Shown piece after piece: positions 1-8,094 of a stretch of DNA of 14,984 nt. The stretch lies in NCBI GenBank assembly GCA_048498835.1, contig JBEHXF010000043.1, forward strand, positions 1 through 14,984, written 5' to 3'. Position 1 is the first letter of the stretch. The number at the start of each line of letters is the position of its first letter. The notes under the pieces were generated by a model, which saw nothing but the letters and a program-made list of their open reading frames with translations, made no database searches and had not been told where the DNA came from. The DNA comes from Chlamydiota bacterium. Its GTDB lineage: Bacteria; Chlamydiota; Chlamydiia; Chlamydiales; SM23-39. Both the position numbers and the translations under genes were made by a program.

Positions 1-96
1 GTCTCCGCAATTGATTAGACCGGTTGTTGTTTCAACGAACGTGGGAAGCCTATACGGGCTTGGAGTAGAAAAGGAAATCGGAGTGAATGCGTTCAT
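1..96 (-). CDS. 5' part of a hypothetical protein running off the left edge of the window
   Basis: ATG at 96-94 opens 32 stop-free codons to the edge: MNAFTPISFSTPSPYRLPTFVETTTGLINCGD. Preceded by an AT-rich intergenic region and divergent from rimO. Not in the ORF track; translated by hand. Confidence 0.55.
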   Translation of the reverse strand, partial: MNAFTPISFSTPSPYRLPTFVETTTGLINCGD

Positions 97-277
97 GAAA
101 ATACCCTAAAAAAAGGAAAAACATACCCCCTTTCTTTCAAAGTTGTAAAGAGGTTCCTTTTCTTTTATCGAAACTTTGCTTATTATTATTGCTCACTTCA
201 AGGAATGGATTTCTATTGGTAGAGTTCCTTTCTGAAAAAGGCATAACTTATTCATTACCAGTGAGATAGTTTGTAGC

Positions 278-1672
278 ATGCTCGACAGAAACGTTCGATT
301 TCAAAATAAATTTCACTTCACATCCCTTGGCTGCGCGAGAAACCTCGTCGACAGCGAGGTGATGATTGGGATCCTTTTAAAAAATGGTTTTGAAGCGACA
401 CAAGAGATGTCGGACGCCGACTACCTCGTCGTCAATACCTGCGGTTTCCTCCAGTCTTCCAGACAAGAAGGGATCGATACGATCGCCGAGATGTTCTCCA
501 GCAAAAAACCCGATGCGAAAGTGATCGTGGCCGGATGCATGGTTCAAAAGCATGGCGCAGAGTTAAAAGAAAAATTTCCCGCTATCCATTACATGCTCGG
601 CTCTGGCGATGTAGAAAAAATCCTCGATGCGGTTCAAACAAGTGAAGCGGGCAATGCCATTACTTCAGCGAAAAGCTATCTCGAGTGGGGCGAAGTGCCG
701 CGCACCCTCTCTACGCCAAAACACTACGCCTATCTCAAAATCGCCGAAGGATGTAAAAAACGATGCGCGTTCTGCATCATTCCGACGATTAAGGGTCCGC
801 TCAAAAGTAAAACAGAAGAGCGCGTTTTAAAAGAATTCAGCTCGCTTCTCTCGCAGGGCGTTCATGAAGTGATCCTCATCGCACAAGATTTGGGCGACTT
901 TGGCAAAGACCGCCGTGAAAAAGGCGCTCTTGCGAAATTGCTCCGCGCGATGTGCCAAGAAACTCGACCCTTTTGGCTCCGCCTTCTCTATCTCTATCCA
1001 GATGAGATTGATGATGAGCTCATCGAAGTAATGAAGAGCGATAAGCGCATCTGCCCTTACCTCGACATGCCGATCCAACACATCAACGATCAGATGTTGA
1101 AGGCGATGCACAGAGCGACATCGAAAGAACAAATTCTCTCAATCATCCAAAAGCTTCGCGCAGAAATCCCCGATGTTGCGATCCGAACCAGTCTGATGGT
1201 CGGATTCCCAGGCGAGACAGAAGAACAGTTCCAAGAACTGGTGGACTTTGTCCAGAAAGTACCGCTTGATCATGTGGGCATTTTCAAGTTCTCTCTCGAA
1301 AAAGAAGCTTATGCAGCAAAACTCCCTGACCAAATTGCGGAAGAGGTGAAGCAGGCTCGCTTTGAAAAACTCGCCGCTGCACAAATGAAAGTGGTTCGCA
1401 AGAGAGCGAAGAAATGGATCGGCCGCAAAGTGCAAGCGATTGTTGAAGGATTCCATCCTGAGTCTGAACTTCTCCTTCGCGCGCGTCACGCTGGCCAATG
1501 CCCTGAAATCGACGGGCAGATCATCATCAACGACGGAAGAAAGGTGACTGAATTCGGCCGCCTTTACGATGTAGAAATCACAGAGACCGCTGATTACGAT
1601 TTAATCGGACGAGTGCTCGGACCCGCAGGAGAGGCATGCAAGCCCAAGAAGTCGAAACTCGCATTCGTTTAA
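278..1672 (+). CDS. rimO: Ribosomal protein uS12 methylthiotransferase RimO (radical SAM)
   Basis: N-terminal UPF0004 motifs SLGCARNLVDSE, VNTCGF and VAGCMVQ; radical SAM CxxxCxxC in AYLKIAEGCKKRCAFC; RimO-type RLLYLYP, YLDMPIQH and C-terminal PEIDG/TRAM domain. Confidence 0.93.
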   Translation: MLDRNVRFQNKFHFTSLGCARNLVDSEVMIGILLKNGFEATQEMSDADYLVVNTCGFLQSSRQEGIDTIAEMFSSKKPDAKVIVAGCMVQKHGAELKEKFPAIHYMLGSGDVEKILDAVQTSEAGNAITSAKSYLEWGEVPRTLSTPKHYAYLKIAEGCKKRCAFCIIPTIKGPLKSKTEERVLKEFSSLLSQGVHEVILIAQDLGDFGKDRREKGALAKLLRAMCQETRPFWLRLLYLYPDEIDDELIEVMKSDKRICPYLDMPIQHINDQMLKAMHRATSKEQILSIIQKLRAEIPDVAIRTSLMVGFPGETEEQFQELVDFVQKVPLDHVGIFKFSLEKEAYAAKLPDQIAEEVKQARFEKLAAAQMKVVRKRAKKWIGRKVQAIVEGFHPESELLLRARHAGQCPEIDGQIIINDGRKVTEFGRLYDVEITETADYDLIGRVLGPAGEACKPKKSKLAFV

Positions 1673-2820
1673 AGAAGGGCAAAGAACGCCCCCTTCTCCA
1701 GCGTCACCACTGGATTTTCTCTGGCGCAATCGCAGAGCTCACTTCGAAAGAGCCCGGCTCGATCGCTGAGGTTTATTCGCATGAAAAGCAGCGAATTGGC
1801 CTTGCGATGATCGGGACGGGCCAATCGATCGTTGGCCATATGATTGCCTTTGGCGAAGAGACTCTCTCGGAAGCCCTCGAGAGCCGCATCGCTGATGCGA
1901 TCGCCATGCGCACGCGCCTCTTCGATCCTGCACATACCAATGCCTATCGCCTCATCAACGCCGAAGGCGACGGTCTCCCAGGGCTGATCGTCGATTCCTA
2001 TAATGGCGTCCTCGTCCTCCAATTCTCTCACCCGACGATGGAACTTCTCAAAGACCAAATCCTCGCCCTTCTGATCCAATACGCCACACCCCGCGCTGTC
2101 TACGAAAAATCCACTTCTTTCCTCCGGAAAAAAGAGGGAATGAGCGAAATCCGCGCCCACCTCTACGGCCTCGAACTGCCCGAGGTAGTAGTTCTCGAAA
2201 ACGGCCTCCGCTACAACGTTCAAGTACTCGATGGACAAAAGACCGGACTCTTCCTCGACCAGCGCGAAATGCGCTCCCTCATCCGAACTCTCTCTCCCAA
2301 TAAACGGGTCCTCAATTGCTTTGCCTATACCGGCGGATTCTCGATCTCAGCTCTCGCTGGCGGAGCCACCCAAGTAGACAGCGTCGAAATTTCGAAAAAG
2401 TGCCAGCCCCTCGTCGAACAAAACATCGCGCTCAACTCCCTCTCCCTCGCCCAACACCGCTTTTTCGCCGAAGATGCGATCAAATTTGTCGCCTCCTCTG
2501 ATATGTCTTACGACCTCGTCATCCTCGATCCGCCCGCCTTCGTCAAGAAGAAGCAAGACATCGATAAAGCCTTCCGCGCCTACAAAGACCTCAACCGCGC
2601 AGCCATCGAAAAGATGCCCGCCGGTTCCCTCCTCCTCACCTGTTCCTGTTCCTATCACGTCGGAGAGGAGCTTTTTCAAAATATCCTCTTTCGCGCAGCT
2701 CTGGAGGCGGGCCGCAAAGTGCGCATTCTCTCTCGCCACCGCCAAGCCCTTGACCATCCACTTTCAATCTACCATCCCGAAAGCGGCTACCTCAAAAGCC
2801 TCCTCCTCTACATTGAATAG
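1636..2820 (+). CDS. rlmI: RlmI/YccW-family class I SAM-dependent rRNA methyltransferase with N-terminal PUA-like domain
   Basis: HHWIFSG, YRLINAEGDGLPGLIVD, GQKTGLFLDQRE, VLNCFAYTGGFS, DLVILDPPAF and TCSCS motifs. AGGAGAGG SD just upstream of the ATG. Overlaps the rimO 3' end by 37 nt. Confidence 0.85.
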   Translation: MQAQEVETRIRLKKGKERPLLQRHHWIFSGAIAELTSKEPGSIAEVYSHEKQRIGLAMIGTGQSIVGHMIAFGEETLSEALESRIADAIAMRTRLFDPAHTNAYRLINAEGDGLPGLIVDSYNGVLVLQFSHPTMELLKDQILALLIQYATPRAVYEKSTSFLRKKEGMSEIRAHLYGLELPEVVVLENGLRYNVQVLDGQKTGLFLDQREMRSLIRTLSPNKRVLNCFAYTGGFSISALAGGATQVDSVEISKKCQPLVEQNIALNSLSLAQHRFFAEDAIKFVASSDMSYDLVILDPPAFVKKKQDIDKAFRAYKDLNRAAIEKMPAGSLLLTCSCSYHVGEELFQNILFRAALEAGRKVRILSRHRQALDHPLSIYHPESGYLKSLLLYIE

Positions 2821-2827
2821 AGAACCA

Positions 2828-3376
2828 TTAGTCGCTATCAGAGTCTAGGCTTTGCTCTACTTGTTTGAGAGCTTTAGTATAAGAGTGACTCTTGTCTTTG
2901 TCGTCTGTAACTTTGAAAGAATTGTAGCGATCCTCGTTCCCATCTCGCACAAAATGCTCAATATTTTTTATACGTACGGGTTGGGCGGGTTGCGGAAGAA
3001 CAAGCTCCATCCACTTTTTTTTCTGGATACGATCTTCTGCTACTCGAAAGGTACAACCGTTGTAATCGTCCGGTTTAGCTTTCGCTAAAATTCGCTCAGC
3101 AATCAAAGCAATTCCTCTTCGAGAGGCTTGACCATTTATATGAAGTTTAGGTCTCCACATTGCCCCATTGCCACTCTCTTTTGAGTATATCCACTGAAAA
3201 GGATTGTCTAACTTTTTCGTAAAATGTCTGAAAAAGGGATGTTCTATTTCCTTACAATTTTTAAGATCATGATATTGGATAGCAACTTCTGTTGAAGGTC
3301 TGATTTGATGGGCCATTTTCTGCTTCGCTGTTGTGAGGCACAAAAATTTAGGTGATAAGCTGTTTTTCTTCAACAC
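2828..3376 (-). CDS. Hypothetical basic protein (alternative ATG start at 3316, MAHQIRPSTE...)
   Basis: 182-codon ORF that fills the gap after rlmI, convergent with it (7-nt gap), AT-rich. No recognisable family motif. Confidence 0.65.
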   Translation of the reverse strand: MLKKNSLSPKFLCLTTAKQKMAHQIRPSTEVAIQYHDLKNCKEIEHPFFRHFTKKLDNPFQWIYSKESGNGAMWRPKLHINGQASRRGIALIAERILAKAKPDDYNGCTFRVAEDRIQKKKWMELVLPQPAQPVRIKNIEHFVRDGNEDRYNSFKVTDDKDKSHSYTKALKQVEQSLDSDSD

Positions 3377-3477
3377 TTGAATGCTCGCCGCTTAACATGC
3401 TCAATCGATTTGGATATTTCCTTTTGAGAAATAAATATTTTCTTTAAGATGCTGCCGCATGTTTACGTAGGACGGCT

Positions 3478-4686
3478 ATGCTCTCTTTGCACAACCATTT
3501 AGCTACAAGCAATCACGAGACCTTACTGAAATACCGAGCTGATTTGATGCAAAGATTGGATAGCGCGTTGAAAGTATGGGGCCAAGAAGCTAGAACTTTG
3601 AGAGGACAGCTCGATCAATTTTGCGATTCTATTCAAGACGGGGACTTATCCGAACCTTTTTTTACAAAGCTCAAAGATGCTTTATTGAAAAAAGACAATG
3701 TTGCGACTGTAAATATCTTGGAAATTTTGCGCTACATTACGGGGAAATTCAAAGGTTACGATGGGCAAGTGATGGAGTTAATAAGTCTTGCCATTTCGTT
3801 AAATGACAGAGAAGACATCCTGTCGGAAGCTACTTTTCAGTATCTTGACCTAGTAGAAAGAAATGACCTTCCTCGTTGGGAATTCTTCCAAGATGTTCGC
3901 CGGTTACTTGCAAATGCAGATCCGAATATTGAGGAATTTTTTAAACAGGTAAAACTAGACTATTTGCAATCTCCTTTTTTATTCGATCTCTTGAATAGAG
4001 CTTTAAATAAACCGAAAACTTCTCACGATTGGTATCGTCAAAAAAATAACGCCCTTGCCATGCTTCGCTATCTTGCCGTAGAAGGGCCGCTAAAATGTCG
4101 AATAGCTGCTGTTGAAACAGCCATGAAATCTCTTCATGATTTTACCGATGAGCAGTTTGGGATTTTCTATCAGATCGTCAAAGCAACTTACCAAAACAAG
4201 TTCGATAACGTACACCCTCTTGTTTCGATTCTGTACAGCATGCATGGCAATGGTTTACATTCCACAATCCAGCGATCTCTATGGCTTCGCTTTTTTTGTC
4301 TCTTTATAGAATTGAGAATAGATAGAGTGGGTTTTAAATATGGTTTACTGGAAAATATTCGAAGCTATGCGACAAAGCTTGCTTCCGAATTGCTTTCCAC
4401 GAACGATTCAAAATCTGTTCAAGTGGCAATAGAATATTGGCAATCATTGCTTGAACATGGTTATCGAGAGCAGTGGGCTCAACATTACCAAAGAATTTTA
4501 GCCGCTTGTGAAACGGACCGAGAAACCTTTCCAAACGTGCGGAATCTCCGTTTTGATCTTCTCGAGAAGCTCTTATCGGTTCTCTACATACCGATTGAAG
4601 ATAGAAAGACATATGGAAATGACTTTGGGAAGCTCGTACAGCATTACCGAGAGCAAATCGCAAAACACCCATTATTTAAGAGTTGA
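3478..4686 (+). CDS. Hypothetical protein, probably all-alpha-helical
   Basis: 402-codon ORF in AT-rich DNA with an AGGA SD-like motif upstream. Leu/Lys/Glu-rich amphipathic pattern; no catalytic motif recognised. Confidence 0.8.
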   Translation: MLSLHNHLATSNHETLLKYRADLMQRLDSALKVWGQEARTLRGQLDQFCDSIQDGDLSEPFFTKLKDALLKKDNVATVNILEILRYITGKFKGYDGQVMELISLAISLNDREDILSEATFQYLDLVERNDLPRWEFFQDVRRLLANADPNIEEFFKQVKLDYLQSPFLFDLLNRALNKPKTSHDWYRQKNNALAMLRYLAVEGPLKCRIAAVETAMKSLHDFTDEQFGIFYQIVKATYQNKFDNVHPLVSILYSMHGNGLHSTIQRSLWLRFFCLFIELRIDRVGFKYGLLENIRSYATKLASELLSTNDSKSVQVAIEYWQSLLEHGYREQWAQHYQRILAACETDRETFPNVRNLRFDLLEKLLSVLYIPIEDRKTYGNDFGKLVQHYREQIAKHPLFKS

Positions 4687-4734
4687 GATTTTTCTTGATT
4701 TTTGGCAAAACTGGTTGTTTGCCAAAGGTGGGTT

Positions 4735-5787
4735 ATGAGCTTGAGCGGTATCGAGAAATTGTTGGGTAAGGATGCGGAGAGTCTCTTGAAGCATCAATGT
4801 AAAACGATCTCGAAAGATAAGCTTCATCATCCAGGACCTAATTGGGTCGATAAGATCTTTGGCCCAAGCGACCGCAATATCCGGACCCTGCGCAGCCTGC
4901 AGCAACTCTTTAGCCATGGGCGTCTCGCTGGTACCGGATACCTCTCCATTCTCCCCGTCGACCAAGGCATTGAACATTCCGCTGGCGCCTCTTTTGCTCC
5001 AAACCCAGAGTACTTTGATCCAGAAAACATCCTTAAACTCGCCATCGAAGGTGGCTGCAACGCGGTTGCCACAACACTCGGCGTCCTCGGCTCCGTCGCC
5101 CGAAAATATGCACACAAAATCCCTCTCATTCTCAAATTCAACCACAATGAATTTCTCTCCTATCCCAACACCTACGATCAATCCATGTTTGCCACGATCA
5201 AGCAAGCCCACGAAATGGGTTGCACAGCTGTTGGCGCGACCATTTACTTTGGCTCTGCTGAAAGCCGCCGTCAAATTTGGGAAGTGAGCCAAGCTTTTGC
5301 TCAAGCACATGAGCTCGGCATGGCTACGATCCTCTGGTGCTATCTTCGCAATAGCGCCTTTAAAGCCGATAAAGATTACCACACAGCGGCCGACTTAACT
5401 GGCCAAGCCAACCATCTTGGCGCCACTATTGAAGCCGACATCGTGAAGCAAAAACTCCCCGAATGCAACGGCGGTTATAACGCCCTTAAATTTGGCAAGA
5501 CATCCTCCAAAGTCTACACGAATCTCTCTTCTGACCATCCCATCGACCTCACTCGCTACCAAGTGGCAAACGGTTACATGGGTCGAATTGGGCTCATCAA
5601 CTCAGGCGGCGCTTCTGGCGACAACGACCTGAGCGATGCAGCTGCTACTGCCGTCATCAACAAGCGCGCAGGTGGTATGGGTCTCATCACGGGCCGCAAA
5701 GCCTTTCAAAAGCCGATGAAAGATGGCGTGCAAATCCTACACACGGTGCAAGATGTCTACCTCTGCAAAGAAATCGACCTCGCCTAA
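4735..5787 (+). CDS. fbaB: Class I fructose-bisphosphate aldolase (FbaB/DhnA type)
   Basis: [54 protein letters not shown] (Schiff-base Lys) and [17 protein letters not shown]. Start placed at ATG 4735 with AGGTGG upstream rather than at TTG 4702. Confidence 0.95.
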   Translation: MSLSGIEKLLGKDAESLLKHQCKTISKDKLHHPGPNWVDKIFGPSDRNIRTLRSLQQLFSHGRLAGTGYLSILPVDQGIEHSAGASFAPNPEYFDPENILKLAIEGGCNAVATTLGVLGSVARKYAHKIPLILKFNHNEFLSYPNTYDQSMFATIKQAHEMGCTAVGATIYFGSAESRRQIWEVSQAFAQAHELGMATILWCYLRNSAFKADKDYHTAADLTGQANHLGATIEADIVKQKLPECNGGYNALKFGKTSSKVYTNLSSDHPIDLTRYQVANGYMGRIGLINSGGASGDNDLSDAAATAVINKRAGGMGLITGRKAFQKPMKDGVQILHTVQDVYLCKEIDLA

Positions 5788-6211
5788 CGACCTACAAACA
5801 TACCTCAAAGCGACGCGAGAGAGCCATCCAGCAGTACCTCACGTCCTTACCTATTTAAATTCGGTAGCCAACAAAGACATCCTCGCCTTCACTGCCAGCT
5901 TCGGATCTCGCCAAGCCCCTTTTTTTGCCAACTTACCCGGTGCAGTTCAAGTCACCGATATCCAACGCTTCCTCGACATGCACGAAGCGTTTTTCTCCAG
6001 CCCCATCTCCCGTTTTGAATACGGAGAACTCACTCAGGCTGTTGGCAGCCCCGACTTCTTCCTCTGCTCTGTCACTGCCGAAGTCACTCTTCCGAACGGT
6101 TCTACCCGTCATGTCTGCATCGACATGACCTTTTACAAACACTCCTCGACCTGGCTTCCAGGCCGCATGATCAACACCGTGATCGACTCCACCCAAGCCG
6201 TTCTCCATTGA
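5753..6211 (+). CDS. Hypothetical protein, possible NTF2/SnoaL-like fold
   Basis: Helix [17 protein letters not shown] followed by beta-strand-like segments and a C-terminal W, a pattern typical of SnoaL-like proteins. Codon style matches fbaB. Start uncertain (ATG 5753 overlaps fbaB by 35 nt; ATG 5723 is also in frame). Confidence 0.6.
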   Translation: MSTSAKKSTSPNDLQTYLKATRESHPAVPHVLTYLNSVANKDILAFTASFGSRQAPFFANLPGAVQVTDIQRFLDMHEAFFSSPISRFEYGELTQAVGSPDFFLCSVTAEVTLPNGSTRHVCIDMTFYKHSSTWLPGRMINTVIDSTQAVLH

Positions 6212-6212
6212 C

Positions 6213-6241
6213 TTGCTACTAACTCACAGCCGCTGTATAAT
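6213..6241 (+). promoter_or_regulatory. Sigma70/sigma66-type promoter for the Bro-N gene
   Basis: TTGCTA (6213-6218), 17-nt spacer, perfect TATAAT (6236-6241). GGAG SD at 6264-6267. Confidence 0.7.
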
Positions 6242-6273
6242 TTTTCCTTTACTTTCTGGGTTTGGAGTCTTTT

Positions 6274-7134
6274 ATGAAAAAAGAGAAAAACGCTCTGCAA
6301 AAATTGCCCGATAAAATCGCCATTTTTGAAGACAAAAAAATTCGGCGCATCTTCCACAAAGACGAATGGTACTTTTCGATTATTGATATATTGGATGCTC
6401 TTACCGAGAGTCCCAATGCAAGGCGCTATTGGTCAGATTTAAAAATACAACTATCTGAAAAAGAGGGCTTTGTCCAGTTGTACGGAAAAATCGTACAACT
6501 GAAATTGGAATCATCAGACGGAAAAAAATATCTGACCGATACAGCGAATACGGAAACAGTCTTTCGCATCATTCAATCAATTCCATCACCTAAAGCCGAG
6601 CCCTTTAAGCGCTGGCTAGCGCAAGTTGGATACGAACGAATTCAGGAGATTGAGGATCCCGAGCTTGCAACGAAGAGAACGCGAGAGATCTATAAGGCGA
6701 AGGGTTATAGCGACGATTGGATTGAAAAACGGATGCGAGGCATAGCAATCCGAGAAGAGCTGACAGATGAGTGGGACAAGCGAGGCATCAAGCTGCAACG
6801 GGAGTATGCCATCTTGACCGCTGAGATTTCGAGAGCTACTTTTGGAATGACTCCATCTGAATATAAAGAATTCAAAGGATTGGAGCGGGAAAACCTACGC
6901 GACCATATGACTGATCTCGAGTTGATTTTCTCCATGCTCGGAGAAGCCTCTACAAAAGAGATTGCCGTGAACCGGAATGCTCAGGGATTTGAGCAAAATA
7001 AGACAGCTGCCAAAATCGGTGGGAAAATTTCGGGAGATGCAAGACGGCAACTTGAACAAGAAAGCGGCAAGCCGGTTATCACTCAAGAAAACAATCTCAA
7101 GTACTTGAAAACTTCATCTGAAATAGAAGAATAG
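6274..7134 (+). CDS. Bro-N domain-containing protein (standalone phage-antirepressor-like family)
   Basis: N-terminal IRRIFHKDEWYFSIIDILDAL...RRYWSDLK and IIQSIPSPKAEPFKRWLAQVG are Bro-N-like. C-terminal GYSDDWIEKR and ENLRDHMTDLELIFSMLGE match the widespread standalone family. ATG 6274 chosen from SD spacing. Confidence 0.85.
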   Translation: MKKEKNALQKLPDKIAIFEDKKIRRIFHKDEWYFSIIDILDALTESPNARRYWSDLKIQLSEKEGFVQLYGKIVQLKLESSDGKKYLTDTANTETVFRIIQSIPSPKAEPFKRWLAQVGYERIQEIEDPELATKRTREIYKAKGYSDDWIEKRMRGIAIREELTDEWDKRGIKLQREYAILTAEISRATFGMTPSEYKEFKGLERENLRDHMTDLELIFSMLGEASTKEIAVNRNAQGFEQNKTAAKIGGKISGDARRQLEQESGKPVITQENNLKYLKTSSEIEE

Positions 7135-7137
7135 AAA

Positions 7138-7190
7138 TTATTGCCGTTGCTTTTCCTATGGGAAGGGACGCTTGGGGGGGTGGGACGTCG
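7138..7190 (-). repeat. Decayed duplicate of the last ~17 codons of the AsmA-like gene (direct repeat, distal copy)
   Basis: Aligns to 8043-8094 at 47/52 identities plus one extra G in the G-run; carries a TGG->TAG nonsense change. Confidence 0.9.
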
Positions 7191-7232
7191 GTGAGATTGG
7201 CTTGGCGTAAGCGCGAATTGGCTCTGAGACAG

Positions 7233-7883
7233 TTATTTTGCTGAGTAGGCTGCCCGCGAAGTATATTCTTCGGGGCACGCGATCGATGTTAGGCTAGAAT
7301 CATTTTTAACAATGACAGGGAAAAGAGACTGCTCTAGATGCTCAAGTCGAATGCGAGCCTTATCAGAAGAGGCCTGAATCAATTCATTGCTGTGATAGTA
7401 ATTAGGTGGGGCTACAGTTGTAATTCTTTTGTCTGGAAAGCGTTTTCTGATCAAACGGATAGCCGGACTTAGATCTGAGTCGTTCGAAATGAGAAGAGCC
7501 CGATCAAATGCATTTTGGTAAGCTAAATCAATCAGATGTGATGCGATATTCACATCGGTCTCTTTTTCTTCATGACTAAACCATTTGTGCTTGCAACCTG
7601 GGCATTTTCTATCCTTCTTTTTAAAATAGCCCAAAACAGGTTGCACTCCAGCGATTTCCAACGCCTTAATATAAGCTTTTTGTGCTTGTAGAGTTCCTTC
7701 AGCAACATGCTCAGCATAGGCTGTAAAGTAGAAGATACCGTTGAGTTGTTCTGAGGATGTATTGACAAAGATTCCGGAAAGGATTCTCAGATTAACCCAT
7801 TTTAGTTCAGGACGACGAAGACTGGCAATAGCGTGGTATAGATTAAATCCATCGATAAGAGTTATGGTTCTATGAAGCTGCAC
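7233..7883 (-). CDS. NYN domain (LabA/DUF88-like PIN-fold) putative ribonuclease with CxxC insert
   Basis: IDGFNLYH, YFTA, EEKETDVNIA and LISNDSDLSPAI supply the conserved acidic PIN/NYN residues; CPGC insert. GTG at 7883 preferred because TTG 7904 lies within the terminator. Confidence 0.9.
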   Translation of the reverse strand: MQLHRTITLIDGFNLYHAIASLRRPELKWVNLRILSGIFVNTSSEQLNGIFYFTAYAEHVAEGTLQAQKAYIKALEIAGVQPVLGYFKKKDRKCPGCKHKWFSHEEKETDVNIASHLIDLAYQNAFDRALLISNDSDLSPAIRLIRKRFPDKRITTVAPPNYYHSNELIQASSDKARIRLEHLEQSLFPVIVKNDSSLTSIACPEEYTSRAAYSAK

Positions 7884-7894
7884 GAGGATCTCTG

Positions 7895-7930
7895 AAAAAA
7901 ACAAACCACGAGTTTATGGCCCGTGGCTTT
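7895..7930 (-). terminator. Intrinsic terminator-like hairpin immediately upstream of the NYN start codon
   Basis: Minus strand AAGCCACGGG-CCATAAA-CTCGTGGTTT (10-bp stem with two G-U pairs) followed by GTTTTTTT. Confidence 0.7.
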
Positions 7931-7967
7931 CTCATGCGGTCCTCAAAGGATGCTCATGAGGGATGAT
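7895..7967 (-). ncRNA. Candidate ~70-nt structured RNA (leader or antitoxin) of the NYN gene
   Basis: Lies between a promoter and a terminator. Contains a second hairpin at 7931-7960 (CTCATG/CATGAG outer stem, TCCT/AGGA inner stem). 5' end estimated from the -10 position. Confidence 0.5.
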
Positions 7968-7973
7968 AATCAA

Positions 7974-8003
7974 ATCATAGCCGATCCTAAATTTTTCTGT
8001 AAA
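7974..8003 (-). promoter_or_regulatory. Sigma70/sigma66-type promoter driving the RNA leader and NYN gene
   Basis: Minus strand TTTACA (8003-7998), 18-nt spacer, TATGAT (7979-7974); each is one mismatch from consensus. Confidence 0.65.
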
Positions 8004-8042
8004 GTTTGCGCGTTTTTACCGCAGCATTTGCAGAAAAGAAAT

Positions 8043-8094
8043 CTACTGCCGTTGCTTTTCCCAGGGGAAGGGACGTTTGGGGGGTGGGACGTCG
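8043..8094 (-). repeat. Direct repeat, intact copy (current 3' end of the AsmA-like gene, DVPPPKRPFPWEKQRQ*)
   Basis: Matches 7138-7190 in the same orientation. Confidence 0.9.

Noticed and set aside
148..234. AGAG(G)TTCCTTTTCT occurring twice upstream of rimO
   Set aside because: Only two short copies in AT-rich low-complexity DNA; cannot be distinguished from chance.
6274..7134. Prophage suggested by the Bro-N/antirepressor gene
   Set aside because: No integrase, structural, replication or lysis genes nearby; this family often occurs standalone.
7128..7138. Extension of the direct repeat past the stop codon (AGAATAGAAAT vs AGAAAAGAAAT at 8032-8042)
   Set aside because: Requires an extra indel and is A-rich, so it was left out of the repeat boundaries.
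7884..7904. TTG start at 7904 for the NYN gene
   Set aside because: Falls within the terminator stem and U-tract; the in-frame GTG at 7883 fits the domain start better.
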